Assembly (NCBI RefSeq): GCF_000007145.1
Contig: NC_003902.1
Location: 4,913,426 to 4,945,425, forward strand
Source of the DNA: Xanthomonas campestris pv. campestris str. ATCC 33913
Lineage (GTDB): Bacteria; Pseudomonadota; Gammaproteobacteria; Xanthomonadales; Xanthomonadaceae
Length of the DNA stretch: 32,000 nt
Direction: 5' to 3'
Shown here: positions 1-8,608 of the stretch, one piece after another
How positions within the stretch are numbered: the stretch's first letter is position 1
Layout: every line of letters begins with the position of its first letter
The notes under the pieces: model-generated
What the model saw: only the letters and a program-made list of their open reading frames with translations
The model's database searches: none
What the model was told of the DNA's origin: nothing
Made by a program: the position numbers and the translations under genes

Positions 1-2634
1 CGGCTTTGCCGCTTCCGGGCTGACGCGTTCGATGGTGTGGCGCAGCTCGCGGCCGAGGATGAACTTGGCGTCCTTGGCCCACGCGTCCAGGCGCTCGTCG
101 AACATCAGCTTGCTGTTCTCGTCCGGCCACACCAGACGCAGTTCGCGCAGTTTCTGGATGAAGCTGCGGAACAGGGTCTTGTCGAAGAACTCCGGCGCGG
201 CCGGTGCGTACAGCAGGCTCAGGCGTTGCGCGGCCTGCTGGCACAGGCTTTCCAGCTCGCCGGCACCGAGCACGCCGGGGCCGTTCTTCACCAGCACCGA
301 AATGGCGATGTAATAGCGCTCGAACGCCTGCTGCAACGAATGGCCGATCGCACGCAGGCGGAACACTTCGTCGGTCTGCCCGGTGTTGCGCGCCAGGATG
401 CCGCCATCGTCATCGGTGACGTTGAGCAGCAAGCCCTCGCGCACGAACATGTCGATGGTCTGCTCGATGCGTTCGGCGAAGCGGTCCTCGCTCCACGGCA
501 GGAACAACTCGGCCTGCAGGAACGGGTACACCGTGCGGCCCAGCCGCAACAACCCGGCGCGGCTCATGCGGCGGTTGTTCTGGAAGCAGCACGCCACCCA
601 CGAGGAGGCGGTAAACAGATGCAGCACGTTGTTGCGGAAGTAGCTCAGCAACACCGCGGTATCGCCACTGACGCTCAGCACATCGCCCAGCGGGTGCGAG
701 ACGCGGGTGAGCACGTTGATCTCTTCGGCGTGGGTGATGATGCGCGCCGGCGTGTGCGGCGTGACCGTGACGCGGTCCGAATACGGCATTTCGGCCAGCA
801 GCTTCTTGCACAGTTCGATCTGCGCGATCAAATCGGCTTCGCCCATCGCATGCTTGGGCGTGGACAGCAGCGCCAGCGCGAGCAGGTTGATTGGATTGAC
901 GTCGGCGGCGCAGTTGATGCGGGTCTGGATCTGCGTGGCCAACGTGTCCACCGCCGGTGCAAGCCAGGTCGGCTTTTCATCGTCTGGCAGCGGTTCGCCA
1001 TTCCATTCCGGCGCGTGCTTGGCCAGCACGTCGTTGAGCGCGATCGGCTCGCCGAAGTTCACCACCACCTGGCCGTAGTTCTGCTTGAGCACCTTGGGGA
1101 TGGACCACAGCAGGCCCCAGATCGATTCCTTTTCCTTCGGGCGGCCGGTGAGTTCGTCGAGATAGCTGTTGCCTTCCATCAGCTTCTCGTAACCGATGTA
1201 CACCGGCTGGAACAACACTGGCTTGCGCGGCTGGCGCAGATACGCGCGTAGCGTCATTGCGATCATGCCGCCCTTGGGCTGCAACAAGCGCCCGGTGCGC
1301 GAGCGCCCGCCTTCGACGAAGTACTCGATCGAATAACCGCCAGCCACCAGCTGCGCCACGTATTCGCTCAGCACCGCCGAATACAGCGCATTGCCACGGA
1401 TGCTGCGGCGGATGAAGAACGCACCGCCCTTGCGCAGCAGCGTGCCCACCACCGGCAGGTTGAGATTGATGCCCGCCACGATGTGCGGCGGCACGATGCC
1501 GCGCTCATACAACAGGTAGCTCAGCAGCAGGTAATCCATGTGGCTGCGGTGGCTGGGCACGTACACCACTTCATGCCCGGGCGCGGCCTGTTTGAGCTTG
1601 TCCAGGTGATGCACCAGCACGCCGGCGTAGATGCGGTTCCACACATGAGTGAGCAGGAAGCTGGCCGAGCGCACCACCGGGCTGGAATAGTCCGCAGCGA
1701 TTTCCCAGGCATAGGCGTGCGCCTTGCGCCAGGCATCGACCGGCTTGGAGTTGTCGCGCTTGGCCTGGGTGGCGATGGCTTCGCGCACCGAATCGGCGGC
1801 CAGCACCTGGTCCACCAGCAGACGACGGGTGGACAGGTCCGGGCCGATCACCGCCTCGCGGATGCGCCGGAAATGCGTGCGCAACACGCGCTGCAACTTG
1901 CGCAGCGTGCGCTCGGGCGGCAGCCCTTCGGCCATGGTCTGGCGCAGCGAGATGGGCGGCGCGAAACGCACGATGGTGGTGCGGCCATTGAGCAGTACCG
2001 AGAGCAGGCGGCGGAAGCGGCCGACCAGCGCCCAGTTTTCCGAAAACAGCACCGCAAACCAGCCGCTCTGCTTGTCCGGCGCACGGCCGACGAAGATCGA
2101 CACCGGCACCAGATGCACGTCCAGGTCGGCGCGCACGCGGTGCGCCTGCAGCAACTTGGCCAGCGAATCGGAATGCGTCTTGCCGCCGCGTTGTTCGGGA
2201 ATCAGCGAGTTGCTGCTGCTGCGCCGCGACAACGCCAGGTAGGCGCGCTTGCGCTCCAGCGGGTCGCCCGGCAGCGGCACCAGCGGCGACGGCAGGCCGG
2301 CCTCGCGGCAGGCCTTGTCCAGGATCAGGGCATTAGAGAGGCCGTAATCCTCGAGCACATACACCACCGGCTTGCCGTCGTCATAGCGCCCGGGTTGTTC
2401 GGGTTCGATGGTCAGGCTCAGCCACGGGTCGGCCAGCCGGCCGAGCAGGCGCGCCCACCACGGGCGTTTGGCCACGCGTGCCGGGGCGAGCACTGGCGCG
2501 GCGGGCGCCGGTGCGTCCAGCGCCACGGGCGCGGCAGGCGGCAGCGCAGCGGCCGTTGCGCCGGTCTCGGCGCCGGCAGGGCTGGGCGGGGCGGATTGGC
2601 CGTCCGGGAACGGCAGGGGATTCTGTTCTGGCAT
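1..2634 (-). CDS. plsB: glycerol-3-phosphate 1-O-acyltransferase PlsB (3' end leaves the window; 878 codons present)
   Basis: Own minus-strand translation. ATG at 2634 gives MPEQNPLPFPDG.... In the same frame, segment 1260-1569 reads VVYVPSHRSHMDYLLLSYLL...GAFFIRRS...IEYFVEGGRSRTGRLLQPKGG. These are the HxxxxD, FxxR and EGGRSRTG acyltransferase blocks typical of PlsB. It is absent from the ORF track because no stop lies in the window. I did not translate every codon. The + ORFs 37..1251 and 1483..2787 are its antisense shadows. Confidence 0.9.
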   Translation of the reverse strand, partial: MPEQNPLPFPDGQSAPPSPAGAETGATAAALPPAAPVALDAPAPAAPVLAPARVAKRPWWARLLGRLADPWLSLTIEPEQPGRYDDGKPVVYVLEDYGLSNALILDKACREAGLPSPLVPLPGDPLERKRAYLALSRRSSSNSLIPEQRGGKTHSDSLAKLLQAHRVRADLDVHLVPVSIFVGRAPDKQSGWFAVLFSENWALVGRFRRLLSVLLNGRTTIVRFAPPISLRQTMAEGLPPERTLRKLQRVLRTHFRRIREAVIGPDLSTRRLLVDQVLAADSVREAIATQAKRDNSKPVDAWRKAHAYAWEIAADYSSPVVRSASFLLTHVWNRIYAGVLVHHLDKLKQAAPGHEVVYVPSHRSHMDYLLLSYLLYERGIVPPHIVAGINLNLPVVGTLLRKGGAFFIRRSIRGNALYSAVLSEYVAQLVAGGYSIEYFVEGGRSRTGRLLQPKGGMIAMTLRAYLRQPRKPVLFQPVYIGYEKLMEGNSYLDELTGRPKEKESIWGLLWSIPKVLKQNYGQVVVNFGEPIALNDVLAKHAPEWNGEPLPDDEKPTWLAPAVDTLATQIQTRINCAADVNPINLLALALLSTPKHAMGEADLIAQIELCKKLLAEMPYSDRVTVTPHTPARIITHAEEINVLTRVSHPLGDVLSVSGDTAVLLSYFRNNVLHLFTASSWVACCFQNNRRMSRAGLLRLGRTVYPFLQAELFLPWSEDRFAERIEQTIDMFVREGLLLNVTDDDGGILARNTGQTDEVFRLRAIGHSLQQAFERYYIAISVLVKNGPGVLGAGELESLCQQAAQRLSLLYAPAAPEFFDKTLFRSFIQKLRELRLVWPDENSKLMFDERLDAWAKDAKFILGRELRHTIERVSPEAAKP

Positions 2635-2642
2635 CGCCGTCA

Positions 2643-3617
2643 TTATCGCCCACCCGGGCCTTTGCCGGTGCTGGCAGGCGGCGCGGGCGTGGCCGCCGGC
2701 GCGTCGGGCGCCGCCGCCGCAGCGGGTGAGGAAGCCGCCGGCACTGCGCGCAACACGGCCTGCACGTCGTCCTGGGTCTGCTGCTGATACCAGTGGCCCT
2801 CGCGCTTGATCAGGCTGACGCTGAGATCGATGTCGCGCGCGGCCAGTGGGTAGCGCAGGCGCACCTGGGCGCTGTCGCCCTGCTGCTTGACCAGGCCGGT
2901 GCGCAGCGCATCCAGGCTGCTGTCCAGCGACAGGTCGTAACGCTCCAGCACCTTCTTGCAGGCCGCCCAGAACGGCCCGAGCCGGCGCAGGCTCTCTTCC
3001 ATGCCCAGTTGCTGCAGGTCGGCGTCGGACTGGATTCCGGTGGCACGCGCGGCGGCCACCAGCTCGGCGATGCTGGCCTTGGCACGCGGGCGGTCGGCCA
3101 GCGGCGCAGTGGCGGCCCAGGCGCTCAGCGCATCGACCAGCTGCACGTAGTGGGCGCGCTGCTCCGGTTGGTAGTCGGTGCGACTGCGCAGGTACTGCAC
3201 GCCGAACTGGCCCAGCGACTGCGCGGCCTGGCGGATGCCCTGCGCCTGCCCGGCCAGTTGCTGGTCGAAGGCCTGCTGCAGGCGGCGTTCGGCATCCGGG
3301 GCCGACAGGTTGCCCAGCAAGCTGCCTACCTCATTGGGCAACGGCAGCTCGGTCAATGGCCAGCGGCTGGCGCCACTGCGCCAGGCCGCTTCCAGTGCGG
3401 TGTATTGCGTGGGCGTGACCCGGATGCGCGCATAGGCGACCAGGTCGTTGCGGCGCAACGGCGTGGTCATGGCCTGCATCGCCGCCGCCGGTTCGGCATT
3501 GGCGCCTGGCAGCGCGGTGGCGTGGTCGCTGCGCTTGCAGCCGCCCATGCACAACAGCGCAAGCAGCAACCACCCGGCGGACTGGAACCGACCTGGGCGG
3601 ACGGTGGATAGCGACAT
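2643..3617 (-). CDS. putative lipoprotein of unknown function, directly upstream of plsB
   Basis: These are the last 324 codons of track ORF 2643..5099. ATG at 3617 gives MSLSTVRPGRFQSAGWLLLALLCMGGCKRSD, a signal peptide with a lipobox-like MGGC. The C-terminal tail is Ala/Pro-rich. The stop lies 8 nt before the plsB ATG. No family recognised. Confidence 0.65.
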   Translation of the reverse strand: MSLSTVRPGRFQSAGWLLLALLCMGGCKRSDHATALPGANAEPAAAMQAMTTPLRRNDLVAYARIRVTPTQYTALEAAWRSGASRWPLTELPLPNEVGSLLGNLSAPDAERRLQQAFDQQLAGQAQGIRQAAQSLGQFGVQYLRSRTDYQPEQRAHYVQLVDALSAWAATAPLADRPRAKASIAELVAAARATGIQSDADLQQLGMEESLRRLGPFWAACKKVLERYDLSLDSSLDALRTGLVKQQGDSAQVRLRYPLAARDIDLSVSLIKREGHWYQQQTQDDVQAVLRAVPAASSPAAAAAPDAPAATPAPPASTGKGPGGR

Positions 3618-4019
3618 GCGCACGATGTTCCCCTGATCGATGGCGCATCTTGCTGTCTGAATGCAGCCGCGGCAAGGCACTGGCCTTCCGTGCGGGCGCG
3701 TACGGTGCGCGGCGTGGTGACGCGCGGCGCGCTGCACGATGGCGCCGGATGTCAGGCGCTGACCGGTATTGTCTTCTCGGACAAAGTTGTCCATGCCCGC
3801 GCCCGGAGTCCTTGCCGGAGTAAGGATTCGCCCGATGCTGCAATGCATCATGTAAGCGCTTGCAGTTCCTGTTAGCGTGCGCGCCATCTCGCTCTGAGGT
3901 CGCCATCGGATGGGGCCGATGTCATTCATGCGCAAGTTCGCCACGAACGCTCTGCCCGTATGGACCGTCCGCCAGCCCCTGGCGCGCGTCGCCTGGCGCA
4001 TGCTTTGGGGAAACACGCC

Positions 4020-5072
4020 ATGAGCCGGCCACGTTCGGACAGCGGCAGCGTCACCATCAAGGATGTGGCGCGCGAAGCGCAGGTGTCGGTGGCCACGGTG
4101 TCGCGCACCATGAACGGGCATCAGCATGTGGCCGAGTCGGTGCGCGAGCGCGTACTGCAGGTGGCGCGCGCGCTGCACTACATCCCGCATCACGCCGCGC
4201 GCAGCCTGAGCAGCCGCCGCACCCACACCATCGGTGTGGTGTTGCCGGACCTGCACGGCGAATTCTTTTCCGAATTGATCCGCGGCATCGACCAGGTGGC
4301 GCGCGACCAGGGCTATCACCTGCTGGTCTCCAGCTCGCACGGCGACCCGCAGGCGCAGCGCAAGGCGCTGGAACGTCTGCCTGGCCGCGTCGACGGCGTG
4401 GTGGTGATGTCGCCGTCGCTGGGCGATTCGGGCGTGCACGAAGACGCGCTGCCCGGCGGGCTGCCGGCGGTGCTGCTCAATTGCGCCGGCACCGCCAGCC
4501 AGCGCCCGGTGCTCAACGTGGACAACTACGGCGGTGCGCGGGTGATGACCCGCCACCTGCGCGACAGCGGCCACCGCCGCATCGCCTTCATCGCCGGGCC
4601 GGACGACAACTTCGACGCGCACGAACGCCTGCGCGGCTACCGCGACGAACTGGCGCTGGATGCGCAGGCGCAGCCGTGGGTGCTGCCGGGCAACTTCGAC
4701 GAAGAATCCGGCTACCGCGCCGGGCAGACGCTGGCGCAGCACGATCGCCCGGACGCAGTCTTCGCCGCCAACGACATGATGGCGCTGGGCTGCCTGTTCG
4801 CGCTGGGCCATGCCGGGTTGAAGGTGCCGCACGACATCGCACTGGCCGGTTTCGACGACGTGCCGATGGCCCGCTACGTGCTGCCGGCGCTGACCACCAT
4901 GCGCGTGGACATCGCCGGCCTGGGCGCACGCGCGCTGCGGCTGTTGCTCGGCCAGCAGCTGGTGGACGCCCCGGCGGCGCCGGCCGATGCCGCACCGCCG
5001 GCGTTGTCGGAGATGGTCCCGGAGCTGATCGTGCGCGCATCCAGCGCGCCGCGGAGCACACCCGGTGGCTGA
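4020..5072 (+). CDS. LacI-family transcriptional regulator
   Basis: Track ORF 3960..5072. The internal ATG at 4020 gives MSRPRSDSGSVTIKDVAREAQVSVATVSRTMNG, the classic LacI N-terminal HTH. A periplasmic-binding-fold effector domain follows (HTIGVVLPDL..., FAANDMMALG). The start is chosen so that the HTH sits at the N-terminus. Confidence 0.9.
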   Translation: MSRPRSDSGSVTIKDVAREAQVSVATVSRTMNGHQHVAESVRERVLQVARALHYIPHHAARSLSSRRTHTIGVVLPDLHGEFFSELIRGIDQVARDQGYHLLVSSSHGDPQAQRKALERLPGRVDGVVVMSPSLGDSGVHEDALPGGLPAVLLNCAGTASQRPVLNVDNYGGARVMTRHLRDSGHRRIAFIAGPDDNFDAHERLRGYRDELALDAQAQPWVLPGNFDEESGYRAGQTLAQHDRPDAVFAANDMMALGCLFALGHAGLKVPHDIALAGFDDVPMARYVLPALTTMRVDIAGLGARALRLLLGQQLVDAPAAPADAAPPALSEMVPELIVRASSAPRSTPGG

Positions 5073-5236
5073 GGCGCGTGCGCCGCGTCGCATCTTCACG
5101 CGATCTTTGCAGTTTCTTATGGTTTTTTAACTTACGCCGTTTGCTTGATTTGGTTGCCGCTGTTCTTGAAACAACGCATTACACGCGCCACGCCAGCGAC
5201 TGCCGGTAGGCGCCTGACCCCTGGGAGGGGGACGCC

Positions 5237-8200
5237 ATGAACACCTACCGTACTGTCTCGACCTTGCCGGCGCGCAGCCTGCTGGGCTGCGCGCTCGCCG
5301 TTTCGCTACTGGCCACCACCCCGGCCATGGCGCAGTCCAGCAATGCCACGTTGCGTGGGCAGGTGTCGGCAGGCCAGGCCGGAACCACGGTCACCGCCAC
5401 CAACGTCGCCAGCGGCGCAGTGCGGCGCGCGACCACCGGTGCCGACGGCAGCTACGCGCTGGTGGGTCTGCCGCCGGGCACCTACAAGGTCGACGCCGGC
5501 CCCGGCACCGAACAGACCGTCACCTTGTCGGTGGCCTCGTCGGTGAGCCTGGATCTGGGCGGCAGTGGCGCCAATGCCGCGGCGCCTGCCGGCGATGCCA
5601 CCACGCTGGATGCGGTGCAGGTCACCGCCACCACGCTGCAGGAGGTCAAGACCTCCGAGGTGGGCACCAACATCTCGCTGAAGCAGATCAACACCGTGCC
5701 GCAGCTGACGCGCAACTTCCTGGAGTTTGCCGACACCGTGCCGGGCATGCAGTTCGAGACCGATGCCAACGGCAACAGCCGTATCCGCGGCGGCGCGCAG
5801 GCCAGCTCGGCCGTCAACGTCTACATCGACGGCGTGGGCCAGAAGAGCTATCTGTTTGGCGGCGTGTCCGGTCAGCAGCAGAGCGCCGGCAACCCGTTCC
5901 CGCAGCTGGCCATTGGCGAATACAAGGTCATTACCTCCAACTACAAGGCCGAGTTCGACCAGGTGGGGTCGGCGGCGATCGTGGCGTCGACCAAGTCCGG
6001 TGGCAACGAATTCCACGGCGAGATCTTCGGGCGCACCACCAACACCGATTTCCGCGCGCGCCAGGCCGACGAACGTGCCGGTGCGCCCAATGCCGATGGC
6101 AACAAGCGCCAGACCCACCAGGACGAGTACGGCATGGCCTTCAGCGGGCCGATCGTCAAGGACAAGGCGCACTTCTTCCTCAGTTACGAGGGCAAGGGCT
6201 TCGAGGTCTCGGCCAATCCGGTGTCGGTGCCCGATAACTTCAGCAGCCTGCGCGACGACTTGCCGGCCGGCGTGCAGAGCCGCCTGGGCTCGGTCACCCG
6301 TCCGTTCAACGAGGACCTGTACTTCGGCAAGATCGACTGGGACATTGGCGCCAACGATCGCCTGGAGCTCACCGCCAAGTACCGCGATGAAGAAAGCCGC
6401 GACAGCGTGGGCGATCGCAACACCGCCATCGCCGCCAAGATCAACCTCAACACCGAAGAACGCTACGACCTGCGCTGGCAGCATTTCGGCGAGAACTACG
6501 TCAACGAAGCACGCGTGTCGTACGAAGACGTGCTGTTCAACCCGACGGCCTACACCATCGGCAGCCAGAGCGTGTACACCCGCGCCATTGCCGAAGACGA
6601 CGTGCTGATCAACGACGACGCCACCAGCGGCCTGGCGATCCAGCGCAAGGGACAAAAAGGCCCGAGCTTCCAGAACGACCTCACCCTCAACAACATCGAG
6701 TGGCACGGCAACCACGTGATCAAGATGGGTGTGAAGTACAAGGAAGTAGAGCTGACCCAGAGCGAAAACTCCGCGGCCAACCCGTCGTTCTACTACGCCG
6801 TCAACGATGGCCAGGGCACGCAGCCGATCCCCTATCAGGTGCGCTTCAATCTGCCGTTTGCCGGCGCCGCGCCGTCGGTGACCACCACCAGCAAGCAGCT
6901 GGGCCTGTACCTGCAGGACGATTGGGACGTCAACGACAAGTTGCAGTTGAACATCGGCGTGCGCTGGGACGGCGAAAAGATTCCGTCCTACCTGGACAAC
7001 GTGACCCCGCCGGAAGTGATCGCCGCATTGAACGGCCCAGGCACCGACCCGGCCGTCAGCGCCACCTATGCCGAACAACTGGCCAAGGGTGGAGTGAACA
7101 TCAACGACTACATCAGCAACGGCCGTAACCGCAAACAGGACAACAACAACTTCGCGCCGCGCCTGGGCTTTTCCTACGACTTCCGTGGTGACGAATCGCT
7201 GGTGCTGTTCGGTGGTGCCGGGCGCAGCTACGACCGCAACCTGTTCGACATCATGGGCCTGGAACAGGTCAAGTCGGCGCTGTCGCAATACACCATCCGC
7301 TTTGTCGAATCCCCCGGCTGCACACCGGCGGCCGGCACCTGCACCAACTTCAATCCGGCCTTTCTCAGCAACCCGGACAGCCTGGGCGGGCTGGTCGATG
7401 CGCGCGTGCGCAACGGCGAGATCGACCTGCTCAACAACGATCTGAAAACACCGTATTCGGACCAGTATTCGATCGGCCTGCGCACCCGCGTGGGCGACTG
7501 GAGCAACTCGGCCACCGTGTCCTACATCCACAGCAAGGACGGTTTGATCCTCACGTTGGGTAATCGCTATCCCAATGGCGATTTCTTCCAGGCCGGTGCA
7601 CAGCCGTGGACCCAGCCGCCGCCGGGATTCGGCAACCTGATCATCGGCAACAACGGTGTGGAGACCAAGACCGCGCAGTTGCTGCTGTCCACTGACAAGG
7701 CCTACACCAAGGAAAGCGGCTGGGGCCTGACAGCGGCCTATACGTTCTCGCGCGCACGCGGCAACCGCGGCAATGACGATCAATACGGCTTCGATGCCGC
7801 CACGATCGCCAACTACACGTTCCTGGATCTGAATTCGGTGCCGCGCCACCGCCTGGTGGTCACCGGCATCTACGACCTGTTCTGGGGCATCAGTGCCTCG
7901 GCCAAGTTGACGCTGGCCACGGTGCCGCCGCGCAACGAGGCGGTGTCGTACGACCTCTACGGCGGCCCGCCATCGGACAACATCCGCATCGTGTCGGTGG
8001 ACGCACCCGGCGGCAAGTTCCTGGCCGGAGGCGACATTTTCGGCACCCGCCAGCTGGACCTGTCGCTGTCCAAGGACATGCACATCACCGATACGGTGAC
8101 GGTGCAGGTGCGCGGCGATCTGATCAATGCGCTGAACTTCCGCAACTACGATCAGTACAGCATCGATTGGGGAAACAACGGTGTATACAACCCACGCGCG

Positions 8201-8272
8201 AGCATCAACCAGTACGGCGCGATGACCACCCCGCCCCGCACCTTGTTCATGAGCGCCCGCATCATCTGGTAA
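5237..8272 (+). CDS. TonB-dependent outer-membrane receptor (Oar-like, N-terminal carboxypeptidase-regulatory-like domain), paralogue 1
   Basis: 1011 aa. Signal peptide ending AMAQ. ATLRGQV...GSYALVGLPPGTYKV is a CarboxypepD_reg-like segment. The TonB-box-like motif is TTLDAVQVTA. Plug/barrel motifs include NFLEFADTVPG and FPQLAIGEYKVITSNYKAEF. The protein ends with a terminal aromatic residue (...ARIIW). SD GGGAGGGGGA lies upstream. Confidence 0.92.
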   Translation: MNTYRTVSTLPARSLLGCALAVSLLATTPAMAQSSNATLRGQVSAGQAGTTVTATNVASGAVRRATTGADGSYALVGLPPGTYKVDAGPGTEQTVTLSVASSVSLDLGGSGANAAAPAGDATTLDAVQVTATTLQEVKTSEVGTNISLKQINTVPQLTRNFLEFADTVPGMQFETDANGNSRIRGGAQASSAVNVYIDGVGQKSYLFGGVSGQQQSAGNPFPQLAIGEYKVITSNYKAEFDQVGSAAIVASTKSGGNEFHGEIFGRTTNTDFRARQADERAGAPNADGNKRQTHQDEYGMAFSGPIVKDKAHFFLSYEGKGFEVSANPVSVPDNFSSLRDDLPAGVQSRLGSVTRPFNEDLYFGKIDWDIGANDRLELTAKYRDEESRDSVGDRNTAIAAKINLNTEERYDLRWQHFGENYVNEARVSYEDVLFNPTAYTIGSQSVYTRAIAEDDVLINDDATSGLAIQRKGQKGPSFQNDLTLNNIEWHGNHVIKMGVKYKEVELTQSENSAANPSFYYAVNDGQGTQPIPYQVRFNLPFAGAAPSVTTTSKQLGLYLQDDWDVNDKLQLNIGVRWDGEKIPSYLDNVTPPEVIAALNGPGTDPAVSATYAEQLAKGGVNINDYISNGRNRKQDNNNFAPRLGFSYDFRGDESLVLFGGAGRSYDRNLFDIMGLEQVKSALSQYTIRFVESPGCTPAAGTCTNFNPAFLSNPDSLGGLVDARVRNGEIDLLNNDLKTPYSDQYSIGLRTRVGDWSNSATVSYIHSKDGLILTLGNRYPNGDFFQAGAQPWTQPPPGFGNLIIGNNGVETKTAQLLLSTDKAYTKESGWGLTAAYTFSRARGNRGNDDQYGFDAATIANYTFLDLNSVPRHRLVVTGIYDLFWGISASAKLTLATVPPRNEAVSYDLYGGPPSDNIRIVSVDAPGGKFLAGGDIFGTRQLDLSLSKDMHITDTVTVQVRGDLINALNFRNYDQYSIDWGNNGVYNPRASINQYGAMTTPPRTLFMSARIIW

Positions 8273-8280
8273 CTGCTTGA

Positions 8281-8314
8281 GCAGCCGTTCGACCACGCTG
8301 TCGAACGGCTGCTG
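8281..8314 (+). terminator. perfect 14-bp stem hairpin just after receptor 1 stop (terminator-like, no U-tract)
   Basis: AGCAGCCGTTCGAC-cacgct-GTCGAACGGCTGCT begins 9 nt after the stop. No T-run follows, so intrinsic-terminator status is uncertain. Confidence 0.4.
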
Positions 8315-8608
8315 CTATCGCTACCGGAGTTCCGCTCTTTATTCCCGTGCATGGTCAGCGCTTCGTTCCGGACTGGTAACGGTTACTGGTCCATCGCTGT
8401 CGGTGCACCGACGCGCTCGCTGTGCAGCACGCCTCGATTCCGGCGCTGCGTGCGCAGCCCGTTTTTAAGTGTTTTTGCCGTCTTTTATCTGCAATGCCTG
8501 TTGTTTGTTGCTGTTGCCGCTGTTCCCGTGTCACTCACATCAAAGTACCAACCTCGACGCGCCAGTCACTCCACTGGTTCGCGCTTTACCCCTGGGAGGG
8601 GGAAAGTC

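Noticed and set aside
37-2787. Long + strand ORFs 37..1251 (404 aa) and 1483..2787 (434 aa)
   Set aside because: They lie antisense to plsB, whose translation shows unmistakable acyltransferase motifs. Their products are Arg/Ala/Gln/His-rich low-information sequence, typical of shadow ORFs in GC-rich DNA.
2643-5099. 818-aa minus-strand ORF spanning 2643..5099
   Set aside because: Only the last 324 codons (from ATG 3617, signal peptide plus lipobox) look like a protein. The upstream part is antisense to the LacI-family gene and crosses a 400-bp intergenic region. ORF 3860..5209 + (449 aa) is likewise an out-of-frame shadow of the LacI gene.
5306-8296. 996-aa minus-strand ORF opposite receptor 1, and 10115..11680 - (521 aa) and 8540..9382 - opposite receptor 2
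   Set aside because: They are antisense shadows of the TonB-dependent receptor genes. Their sequences are monotonous (V/A/G/R/H/D-rich) without motifs, while the + strand products have signal peptides, TonB boxes and barrel termini.
8372-8395. GTAAC-G-GTTAC near-palindrome (in CTGGTAACGGTTACTGG) as a possible LacI-family operator
   Set aside because: The symmetry is only 5 bp per arm around an odd central base, and it does not extend. No counterpart exists upstream of receptor 1. It does not fit the even CG-centred LacI-family operator pattern.
8351-8608. Upstream extension of receptor 2 (track start at 8351, 86 extra codons)
   Set aside because: The extension has no signal peptide and reads through the conserved leader. 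The ATG at 8609 reproduces the paralogue's N-terminus and sits behind the same SD block.
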